Shown here piece after piece: positions 38,606 through 47,000 of a stretch of 64,000 nucleotides of DNA (position 1 is its first letter; the number at the start of each line of letters is the position of its first letter). The notes beneath the pieces were generated by a model that was given only the letters and a program-made list of their open reading frames with translations, was not told the origin of the DNA and searched no databases. The translations under genes were made by a program, and so were the position numbers. This DNA comes from Bacteroidetes bacterium SCGC AAA795-G10 (GTDB lineage: Bacteria > Bacteroidota > Bacteroidia > Flavobacteriales > Flavobacteriaceae), in NCBI GenBank assembly GCA_003130815.1, contig QFDA01000001.1, positions 1,429 to 65,428 on the forward strand, written 5' to 3'.

Positions 38606-40072
38606 TCAATCGATTTGAGGGGCTTTATAGAGTCCAATGTTATTTAGAACTACTTGTTTTTTAAATTTTGAGACTGAAAATCTAATACCATCTATACTTT
38701 TTGATTTAAATCGGATAAGCCTTTTATTGCCTACAGTAGTTCCTTTATAAACTTTTTCCCATTTTCCATCGGTCATTATTTCGAAAGAGAACGCTTTAAT
38801 CCGTTGACCGAGTTGGATGTACTCTTGAACCATAAAAGTATTAGCCTCAACAGGTGATTCAAAAGTTACAGTAAACTTTGGCTTTAGATCATTTGGATTT
38901 GAGACCCAATAAGTATCCTGGTTTTCATCAGTTAAATTTATTTTTCCAAATCCCCCAACCGATGAGGAAACTTCAATGTTTTGGTTGTAAAAATAATTTC
39001 TTGAAAAAGTCTGATCTAAATAAGACGAGAGTTGCATTAAATTTTCAATTTCATTTTCATGGATTAAACCACGTTTATCAACAGGTAAATTAAGTAGTAA
39101 AGAACTATTAAGACCTACGGAATTAAAATAAATATCTACCAGTTTAGATAAAGATTTAACTTTGCTGTCCTCTTCCGGATGGTAGTACCATCCCGGCCGT
39201 ATGGAAACATCAGTTTCTGTTGGAACCCAATGGGTGCCATTTTCTTGACCAGAAGAAAACTCATTAAAATTTGGCATACCCGGATAGAGACTATCTCTAT
39301 ATATAGGTGACCATGTGGTTTCATTGGCGTATCCTTTTTCGTTACCAACCCAGCGAATATCAGGTCCTGCATCACTAAATATGACAGCCTTAGGTTGCAA
39401 CTCTCTTACAATCCGAATGGTATTAGGCCAATCGTAATATGTTCTTTTATCTACTTTTCTTTCCTCATTAGCTCCACCATAATAACCATCTCCGCCGTTT
39501 GCACCATCAAACCATACTTCGAAAATTTCACCATATTGGGTTAACAGCTCACGCAATTGATTTCTAAAATATGACACATACTCGGGTTTTCCATAGTCAG
39601 GATGATTTCGATCCCATGGAGAAATATAAACACCTAGTTTTAGACCATATTCTTTACAAGACTTCGATAGCTCTTCAATCAAATCACCTTTCCCTGACCG
39701 CCATAAAGAATTTTTTACAGAATGTTCTGTGTATTTGCTTGGCCAAAGTGCAAATCCATCATGATGTTTAGCAGTAATTATGACACCCTTCATTCCGGCT
39801 TGCTTTATAACTTTTGCCCATTGTCGTGTGTCTAGCTGGGAAGGATTGAATTGGATTGGTTTTTCATCTCCGAAACCCCACTCTTTATTTGTGAAAGTAT
39901 TCATATTAAAATGAATAAAAGCGTAGTATTCCATTTTTTGCCAAGCAACCTGATTTGCATTTGGTAGAGGCAAGACAGGACTAATAATATTTTCCTTTTT
40001 CCCACATTTTAAGAATATGCTTAAGAAAAAAATAAAAATTAAAACCCTTCTTATTAAATATAACTTACTCAT
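38606..40072 (-). CDS. GH29 alpha-L-fucosidase with C-terminal F5/8 type C (discoidin) domain
   Basis: QVAWQKMEYYAFIHFNMNTF, AKHHDGFALWPS and WFDGANGGDGYYGG blocks. The C-terminal 140 aa are beta-sandwich-like, and a signal peptide is present. Confidence 0.8.
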   Translation of the reverse strand: MSKLYLIRRVLIFIFFLSIFLKCGKKENIISPVLPLPNANQVAWQKMEYYAFIHFNMNTFTNKEWGFGDEKPIQFNPSQLDTRQWAKVIKQAGMKGVIITAKHHDGFALWPSKYTEHSVKNSLWRSGKGDLIEELSKSCKEYGLKLGVYISPWDRNHPDYGKPEYVSYFRNQLRELLTQYGEIFEVWFDGANGGDGYYGGANEERKVDKRTYYDWPNTIRIVRELQPKAVIFSDAGPDIRWVGNEKGYANETTWSPIYRDSLYPGMPNFNEFSSGQENGTHWVPTETDVSIRPGWYYHPEEDSKVKSLSKLVDIYFNSVGLNSSLLLNLPVDKRGLIHENEIENLMQLSSYLDQTFSRNYFYNQNIEVSSSVGGFGKINLTDENQDTYWVSNPNDLKPKFTVTFESPVEANTFMVQEYIQLGQRIKAFSFEIMTDGKWEKVYKGTTVGNKRLIRFKSKSIDGIRFSVSKFKKQVVLNNIGLYKAPQID

Positions 40073-40099
40073 TAAAAATATTACTTAAAATTTTATCTT

Positions 40100-41434
40100 C
40101 TATTTAATTTGAATCTCAACAATTGTATCTATAGGATCTAATTGATTGTTGCCCATGTCAACAATAAATCCATATCTGTCATTTCTAAAATTTAGGCTTT
40201 CCTTTGAATTAAATATTTTAACTGATTTAACTTGACTTGGCAGTTTATTCATTTGTAAAATTTTTAATTCAGGATTTAAAACATGCAAATAAATGATATT
40301 ACCCTTTTGCGTACTTACAAAATTTTCGTTTGGCGTAAATGGGCCCTTTCTTGTTTCATATATTGTATTTCCATTTTTAACTAACCATTTACCTATGGCT
40401 TTTAAAGAGGCTTTGTGTTCCAATTGAATTTTCCCATTTGGCATTGGACCAACATTCAGTAGAAAATTACTCCCATAACCTGCAGCTCGTATTAGATAGT
40501 GAATTAGTTCTTTATTAGACTTGTGCTTTCGGTCCTGAAGATTAAATCCCCATGAACCATTTATAGTTTCACATACTTCAAGTGGAAGACTTCCTATTTG
40601 GTCTTCTGGAGTTCCGTAACCAGTAGTATTTTCCCCTGGAAGATCTTTTTCAAACATTTGAAAGTCTTCACCACTAATGACACCTATATGATGATTATTA
40701 CCAATTAATGCTTGTGGTTGTAGCTCATGTATCATTCCATATATCTCATCATAGTGCCAATCAACTTTACTATCTCCAAACTTTGTTCCATCCCATTCTT
40801 TCTGATCCCAATGCCCATCAAACCATATACCTCCAATTTCTCCATATTGGGTTAATAATTCTCTAATTTGTCCTTTCATGAACTTAATGTAGCTTTCCCA
40901 TTTGCCTTTGCCCCTTTCAGCAATGCCTTTTCCAGTCCTTCCCCTTGGAAAATAATCATCCCTATTCCAGTCAAGTAGGGAATAATAAAAAAATAACTTG
41001 ATTCCCTGTTTTCTGCATTCCTCTGCTAAAAGTTTAATGATATCTTTTCCATAGGGAGTACTTTGAACTATGTTATAATCGCTCATTTTGGTATCAAACA
41101 TAGAGAACCCATCATGATGACGACTAGTAATTGTAATATATTTCATTCCTGCTTCCTTTACCATTGAGACCCATTCAACCGGATCATAATCAATTGGATT
41201 AAAAAAAGTAGGGAGTTTTTCATATTCAGAAATACTAATATTTTGATTATTCATAACCCACTCACCATCTCCCAAAATACTGTAGACACCCCAGTGAACA
41301 AAAAGTCCAAAACGTGCGTTTTGAAACCATTCGCGCGACTCTAAATTTTCTGAACTAGGCACATATTTTTGAGCCTTTGAATAAGGTCCAATTAAAATAA
41401 TCGAAAATAAAATTTTGAAAATAATTTTTCTCAT
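40100..41434 (-). CDS. GH29 alpha-L-fucosidase
   Basis: WFQNARFGLFVHWGVYS, SRHHDGFSMFDT and IWFDGHW blocks, with a signal peptide from the ATG at 41434. Confidence 0.85.
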   Translation of the reverse strand: MRKIIFKILFSIILIGPYSKAQKYVPSSENLESREWFQNARFGLFVHWGVYSILGDGEWVMNNQNISISEYEKLPTFFNPIDYDPVEWVSMVKEAGMKYITITSRHHDGFSMFDTKMSDYNIVQSTPYGKDIIKLLAEECRKQGIKLFFYYSLLDWNRDDYFPRGRTGKGIAERGKGKWESYIKFMKGQIRELLTQYGEIGGIWFDGHWDQKEWDGTKFGDSKVDWHYDEIYGMIHELQPQALIGNNHHIGVISGEDFQMFEKDLPGENTTGYGTPEDQIGSLPLEVCETINGSWGFNLQDRKHKSNKELIHYLIRAAGYGSNFLLNVGPMPNGKIQLEHKASLKAIGKWLVKNGNTIYETRKGPFTPNENFVSTQKGNIIYLHVLNPELKILQMNKLPSQVKSVKIFNSKESLNFRNDRYGFIVDMGNNQLDPIDTIVEIQIK

Positions 41435-41533
41435 AAATGTATAATATAGGAAGATCAATACATATGTTTGATTTGGAATCTAATCGCCAAATCAATATAA
41501 TGAATTTTATTAATTTTATTTTAAACAAAACAA

Positions 41534-42232
41534 ATGAAAATTAGACTTACAGTACTCACTTTTTTAGTAATTGTTTTTCAGTTTACAATGACAGTTGCTC
41601 AAGACCCTAATCCTATGGATTGGCCAAATTTCAAACAATTTGAAGAACTTAATACTAAGCTCACTAAAATGAAGAAAAATAAAAATAGAGTCGTTTTCAT
41701 GGGCAACTCAATTACCATAGGTTGGTTACAAACCAATCCAAATTTTTTCAAGGATAAAAATTATGTCAATAGAGGTATTAGCGGTCAAACTACTCCTCAA
41801 ATGTTGGTAAGATTTAGAGCAGACGTAGTCGATATTAATGCCGATGTTGTTGTCATTTTAGCAGGAACTAATGACATTGCCGGTAACACAGGACCCGTTA
41901 CATTAAAAATGATTGCAAATAATTTAAAATCAATGACTGAAATTGCACAGGCAAATGGTATAAAAGTAATTTTGTGCTCAGTTTTGCCTGCGTATGACTA
42001 CCCATGGAGCCCGGGTAAAAAACCAAACATTAAAATTCCAAAGTTAAATTCTATGATAAAGGATTTTGCAAAAGAAAGCGGTGCTTTTTATTTGGACTAT
42101 TTTAAAGCTTTAAATGATGGCAATAATGGAATCGTTAAAGAGTATTCAAATGATGGAGTACATCTTACAGCAAAAGGATATCATGTTTTGGAACCAATGC
42201 TAGAAAAAGCATTAGACAAAGTGCTGAATTAA
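41534..42232 (+). CDS. SGNH/GDSL hydrolase (acetylesterase-like)
   Basis: Block I FMGNSIT, block III GTNDIAG and block V DGVHLT, with a signal peptide. Confidence 0.8.
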   Translation: MKIRLTVLTFLVIVFQFTMTVAQDPNPMDWPNFKQFEELNTKLTKMKKNKNRVVFMGNSITIGWLQTNPNFFKDKNYVNRGISGQTTPQMLVRFRADVVDINADVVVILAGTNDIAGNTGPVTLKMIANNLKSMTEIAQANGIKVILCSVLPAYDYPWSPGKKPNIKIPKLNSMIKDFAKESGAFYLDYFKALNDGNNGIVKEYSNDGVHLTAKGYHVLEPMLEKALDKVLN

Positions 42233-42241
42233 AATTAATTC

Positions 42242-42763
42242 TTATTTTGAAAATGGCAGAGTTCCTCTATAATTACCCCATCCAAAATGAAGGTCAATGC
42301 CTGAATTACTTTTTTGAAATGCCATAGAAAATGCTTCAAGAGATTCGGTTACTTGTCTTAGGGGTACAGTCATTCTTACCAGATCCATCTTTTGATCATA
42401 ATAAGTACCCCAAATGTGAGTTGCTGAATTGATAATAATAGTTATTTGGTTATCCCTTGGAATAGCAAACATTGTATAAGAACCTGCCTCAATTTTCTTG
42501 TCATTTACTTTCATAGGTGTATACAATGTCAATTCTGTGGCCTCATTAGCTCCAAATCTCCACAGTTGCCCTTCGGGGACAAGTCTAGTAATATCTCTCC
42601 CCTTAAGCTGCGGCCTTCCATATAATATTCTAGCTATAGTATTTCCGCCCCTAGCAGGATACTCAATCATGTCTAGCGGACTTTTATCAAGTCCTCTAAA
42701 ATTTTGAGCATTTGTGAAATTTGATACAAAAACAAATAATAATATTGAAAGCAAACTTCTCAT
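42242..42763 (-). CDS. DUF2911-like secreted protein
   Basis: YGRPQLKGRDI..LVPEGQLWRFGANEATEL matches my recollection of the DUF2911 signature. A signal peptide is present. Confidence 0.55.
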   Translation of the reverse strand: MRSLLSILLFVFVSNFTNAQNFRGLDKSPLDMIEYPARGGNTIARILYGRPQLKGRDITRLVPEGQLWRFGANEATELTLYTPMKVNDKKIEAGSYTMFAIPRDNQITIIINSATHIWGTYYDQKMDLVRMTVPLRQVTESLEAFSMAFQKSNSGIDLHFGWGNYRGTLPFSK

Positions 42764-42815
42764 GATCTAAATATTTATTTACTAATAAAATAAGTTTTTA
42801 TTTAAATAAATGCAA

Positions 42816-43670
42816 CTAGTTGAATAGACACTCTAAATAAACAGGATGATGATCTGAAGCCCATAAACCTTTTGGTGTTTTGATCCAAAGATGTTCGGAT
42901 TTTAATACTTTAAATCCATTTTGAAAAATATAGTCTATTCTTTGCGGAGAATCAACTTGTATTTTAAATCCATTAAATGTTCCGTATTTGTGATCTTCAA
43001 TATTTAGATCAGCTAAAATATCTTGAAAAAGTGTTTGAAGCCTTTTAATAGGTTTTTTTTCAGGGGTCAAATTAAAATCCCCTGTTAATAAAATTGGAAT
43101 TTTTTCTTTGTTGACTTCTTTAATTTTTTTTACGATTAATTCGACTGATTCATTTCTTGCCTTAACACCAATGTGATCAAAATGGGTATTAAATACCCAA
43201 AATTCTCTATTATTTTCAAGGTCCTTGAATTTTGCATATGTACAAATCCTTTCTAGTGCAGCATCCCATCCTACAGATATTTTTTCTGGAGTTTCAGATA
43301 ACCAAAAAGTTTCACTTTCGATCAATTCAAATCTATATTTATTAAAAAAAATTGGGCAAAACTCTCCCTTCTTTTTTCCATCCTCTCTTCCTATGCCGAC
43401 AAATGAATATTCAGATAGAGAAAAATTTAGGTCTAATAGCTGACTGTTTAATACTTCTTGCATGGCTACTATGCTAGGAGATTTATTTTTTAGATAATTG
43501 ATTAGGGTTTTCTTCCTTAGATCCCATTGATTTTCCCCATCATCTAAATTTTCATATCTAATATTATATGAAATGGCTTCTATATTTTTTTGTCCAAAAA
43601 TTAGTTGAAAAAAAAACAATATAAAAAAGCAAAAAAGCAATATTTTGTTTTGTTTAAAAAAAAAGCTCAT
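42816..43670 (-). CDS. Endonuclease/exonuclease/phosphatase (EEP) family protein
   Basis: SYNIRYEN N-terminal block, MQEV, NTHFDH, GDFN and the terminal SDHHPV motif, with a signal peptide. Confidence 0.75.
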   Translation of the reverse strand: MSFFFKQNKILLFCFFILFFFQLIFGQKNIEAISYNIRYENLDDGENQWDLRKKTLINYLKNKSPSIVAMQEVLNSQLLDLNFSLSEYSFVGIGREDGKKKGEFCPIFFNKYRFELIESETFWLSETPEKISVGWDAALERICTYAKFKDLENNREFWVFNTHFDHIGVKARNESVELIVKKIKEVNKEKIPILLTGDFNLTPEKKPIKRLQTLFQDILADLNIEDHKYGTFNGFKIQVDSPQRIDYIFQNGFKVLKSEHLWIKTPKGLWASDHHPVYLECLFN

Positions 43671-43777
43671 CCTTTTTTTTGTGATTGAAATTTTGATGAA
43701 AAAATTATAGTCTTAATACAATGTAACAAATCTGATTTGATTTTTTTGTAATTTCCGACCCAAACTTTGTAACAAAA

Positions 43778-44647
43778 ATGAAATCATTTTATCTTATTTT
43801 CCTCTCACTTATTTCATTTTCAATCGTCTTTGGACAAAATGGAAAAGTAATTGACGAACTCATAATAAATAGTAAAATCTTAAAAGGTGACCGTAAGTTT
43901 GCTGTATATCTTCCTCCTGATTATGATAGCTCAAACCGAAGTTATCCAGTTTTATACTTACTTCATGGATTAGGTGATAATCAAAGTGCATGGATACAAT
44001 TCGGAGAGGTACTTCATACTACTGATAATGCTATAAATTCTGGAATTGCCACATCTATGATTATAATTATGCCAGATGCGGGGACCGGACAAATGGGTTA
44101 TACAAATGCAATGTCGGGCAAATGGAATTATGAAGATTTTTTTTTCAAAGAGTTTATGCCCCATGTGGAAAATTTATATAGAATAAGAAAGAATAAAAGA
44201 TACCGAGCTATCAGTGGACTCTCCATGGGCGGAGGAGGTAGTTTTTTGTATGCTCTTCGGCGCCCTGACTTATTTTCTTCTGCTGCCCCTTTAAGTGCCT
44301 CTATAGGCCCACAGAACATTGATCAAATGGATGATCATTCTTATCTAGCCTATTGGGGATATAGTAAATCAAACATTAATAAAAGTGACTTTGAAAAATT
44401 TAAGAAAAAAAATAATTCTCTTTATCTAATCGATCAAATGGACCAAAAAACTCTTAATTCAGTTAGATGGTATATAGATTGCGGAGATGACGATTATTTA
44501 TATAAAAATAATGTTTTAATGCACATTAAAATGCGAGAAAAAGGTGTCAAACATGAGTTTCGTATAAGAGATGGTGACCATAATTGGGATTATTGGCGTT
44601 CTGCCCTTCCTTCAGTATTGGAATTCATATCTAAGAAGTTTCATTAA
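43778..44647 (+). CDS. Alpha/beta-hydrolase 'putative esterase' family (CE1/esterase D-like)
   Basis: YPVLYLLHGLGDNQSAW and the nucleophile elbow GLSMGG, with a signal peptide. Confidence 0.75.
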   Translation: MKSFYLIFLSLISFSIVFGQNGKVIDELIINSKILKGDRKFAVYLPPDYDSSNRSYPVLYLLHGLGDNQSAWIQFGEVLHTTDNAINSGIATSMIIIMPDAGTGQMGYTNAMSGKWNYEDFFFKEFMPHVENLYRIRKNKRYRAISGLSMGGGGSFLYALRRPDLFSSAAPLSASIGPQNIDQMDDHSYLAYWGYSKSNINKSDFEKFKKKNNSLYLIDQMDQKTLNSVRWYIDCGDDDYLYKNNVLMHIKMREKGVKHEFRIRDGDHNWDYWRSALPSVLEFISKKFH

Positions 44648-44693
44648 ATGGTTTATTTATTATTTTAGCAGATAACCAAAAACCAATATTCCA

Positions 44694-46064
44694 ATGAGAG
44701 CTAATTTTTGTTTATTTATTTTAATACTTCTTTTTTCTTGCGGGCAAACCTATAATACTGATAATGAAGAGACCCAATTTCTTAATGACTTCGTTGAAGA
44801 CGACACCTCGGCTGAGAAGACTCCTCTAAAAACAATAAAAATCAATACTGACGCTGGTAGAGAGATTGTTGATGAGCCAAAAGTAAGTGCCTTCTTTCAA
44901 ATTTTTCAGGGTGAGAATTTAATTGAAGAACATAATATAGGAATTGAGATAAGAGGCTCATCTTCACAATATTTCCCAAAAAAATCATATGGCTTTGAAA
45001 CATGGGATGAAGCAGGAGAAGATTTAGATGTTTCCCTGGCTGGTTATCCAGAAGAGGAAGATTGGATTCTTTACGGACCATTTAGTGATAAATCATTAAT
45101 TCGAAATGTTTTGATTTACAGGCTTTCAAACCTAGTTGGAAGGTATGCGACAAAAACAAGTTTTTATAACCTTCAAATTAATGGGGTATTTCTTGGATTA
45201 TATGTTTTAATGGAAAAAATTAAGAGAGATAAAAACAGAGTAAATATTAGTAAAAATAGATCAGACGACATTAGCGGTGGGTACATTATTAAAATTGATA
45301 AAATAACAGGGGATGGAGATACTCTAAATGAAAAAATAGCTTTTATGTCAGAGTATACAAAAGATGGCATAAAAGGAATTAATAAAAATGTTCATTTTTT
45401 ATATGAATATCCAAAAAATAGAGATATATCAGATAAACAGAAAGATTATATCCAAGGTTACATGAGAGACTTTGAAGACGCCATAGCCTCTGAAAACTTC
45501 ACTAGTGAATCTGATGGGTATAAAAAATACATTGATGTTGATAGCTTTATTGATTTTTTTATTTTAAATGAGATTACAAGAAATGTGGATGCCTATAGGA
45601 TAAGCACTTTCATGCATAAAGACATAAATGAAAAATTAAAAATGGGGCCCATTTGGGACTTTAATATCGCGTTTGGTAATGCAGATTATTGTGAAGGTGG
45701 ATTAACCACAGGTTGGGCATACAAATTTAACGAGGCCTGCCCTGCTGACGGAATGCTTGTCCCTTTTTGGTGGGATAGACTAATGCAAGATCCAAACTTT
45801 ACTCAAGCCCTTCAGGAGAGATGGACTTCTTTAAGGTTAAACGAATTATCTAATTCTAGCATTATGGGTATTGTTGATGAACTAGTTGGTGAGTTAGAAG
45901 ATAGCGATGCAATAACTCAGAATTTTGGTAAATGGTTAATATTAGGTACATATATTTGGCCAAATAATTTTATTGGTAATAGACATTCAGAGGAAATTAC
46001 ATACCTAAAAGAATGGATTGAAGGTAGGCTATCATGGATGGATCAAGAAATCTCAAAATTTTAA
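44694..46064 (+). CDS. CotH kinase-family lipoprotein
   Basis: Lipoprotein signal (LLFSCGQ). CotH-like blocks include IRGSSSQYFPKKSYGFE, DKSLIRNVLIYRL, LQINGVFLGLYVLMEKIKRD and FDFFILNEITRNVDAY. Confidence 0.65.
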   Translation: MRANFCLFILILLFSCGQTYNTDNEETQFLNDFVEDDTSAEKTPLKTIKINTDAGREIVDEPKVSAFFQIFQGENLIEEHNIGIEIRGSSSQYFPKKSYGFETWDEAGEDLDVSLAGYPEEEDWILYGPFSDKSLIRNVLIYRLSNLVGRYATKTSFYNLQINGVFLGLYVLMEKIKRDKNRVNISKNRSDDISGGYIIKIDKITGDGDTLNEKIAFMSEYTKDGIKGINKNVHFLYEYPKNRDISDKQKDYIQGYMRDFEDAIASENFTSESDGYKKYIDVDSFIDFFILNEITRNVDAYRISTFMHKDINEKLKMGPIWDFNIAFGNADYCEGGLTTGWAYKFNEACPADGMLVPFWWDRLMQDPNFTQALQERWTSLRLNELSNSSIMGIVDELVGELEDSDAITQNFGKWLILGTYIWPNNFIGNRHSEEITYLKEWIEGRLSWMDQEISKF

Positions 46065-46073
46065 CTAATTAAA

Positions 46074-47000
46074 TTGAAGGTGAAAAGGAGAGATTTTTTG
46101 AATAAAGGGATATTAGGAGTTGTAGGAATTTCCGTCTTTCCTCACAATAAAGTCCTTTACAAAAATTTAAAAAAAATAAAAATTACTTTGACCCCGTGGT
46201 CATTAATCCGTTCGGGATTTGGAAGTAGTGATCCACTTAATGTTAATCATCTAGAATATCCTTTTGTAGCAAAATCGTTAGGTTTTGATTATATCGATCA
46301 CGAAATGTTTCATTTTCCAACTAAACTTACTGCGAGTTATATCAATAAAATGAATAAATCAATGCATTCAGCTAAAGTGCAAAGTGCTGTAATGCTAACT
46401 GGTGGAAAAGGTGATGTTAGTGATAAAGATTTATCAATACGTAAAAGGGCTCTTCAAACCTATAAATACTGGATAGATGTTGCTGCAGATTTAAATTGCA
46501 AGGCCCTTCGAAACGTTTGTGGTGAATATATAACCATATCCCATGAAGAAAAATTAAAATACGCAATAGAAGGAGTCGGGGAATTAGCTAATTATGCTAA
46601 ATCAAAGGGTATAACTCTTTTGATTGAAAACCATAATGGTTATTCTTCTTATCCAACTTGGATGATATCACTTATGGAAGGTATTAAAATTGATAATCTA
46701 GGGATATTAGGAGATTTCACAAATTGGACTCTTGAAAGAAATCCAGATACTTTCTATCCAGATCCATACAAAGGATTTGAATTACTTAGTCCCTATATAG
46801 TAGCCATAAGTGCAAAATCTGAAAAATTCGATAGTCAAGGTTATGAGACTACCACAGATTATAAAAGAATGTTTAAAATCTTGAGTAAAGCCCCTAATTT
46901 TACTTTTGCCGGTGTAGAATTTTTTGGCAATGGAATTTCAAGAAATCAAGGAGCCCTTCTTACTCGAAAACTAATTGATAAAACATTAAAAAGTATTTAA
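46074..47000 (+). CDS. Xylose isomerase-like TIM-barrel (sugar phosphate isomerase/epimerase family) protein with a Tat-type signal
   Basis: Twin-arginine motif KRRDFLNKG at the N-terminus. A non-ATG start is required (TTG 46074 or GTG 46080). LLIENHNG is typical of the AP_endonuc_2 fold. Confidence 0.65.
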   Translation: MKVKRRDFLNKGILGVVGISVFPHNKVLYKNLKKIKITLTPWSLIRSGFGSSDPLNVNHLEYPFVAKSLGFDYIDHEMFHFPTKLTASYINKMNKSMHSAKVQSAVMLTGGKGDVSDKDLSIRKRALQTYKYWIDVAADLNCKALRNVCGEYITISHEEKLKYAIEGVGELANYAKSKGITLLIENHNGYSSYPTWMISLMEGIKIDNLGILGDFTNWTLERNPDTFYPDPYKGFELLSPYIVAISAKSEKFDSQGYETTTDYKRMFKILSKAPNFTFAGVEFFGNGISRNQGALLTRKLIDKTLKSI

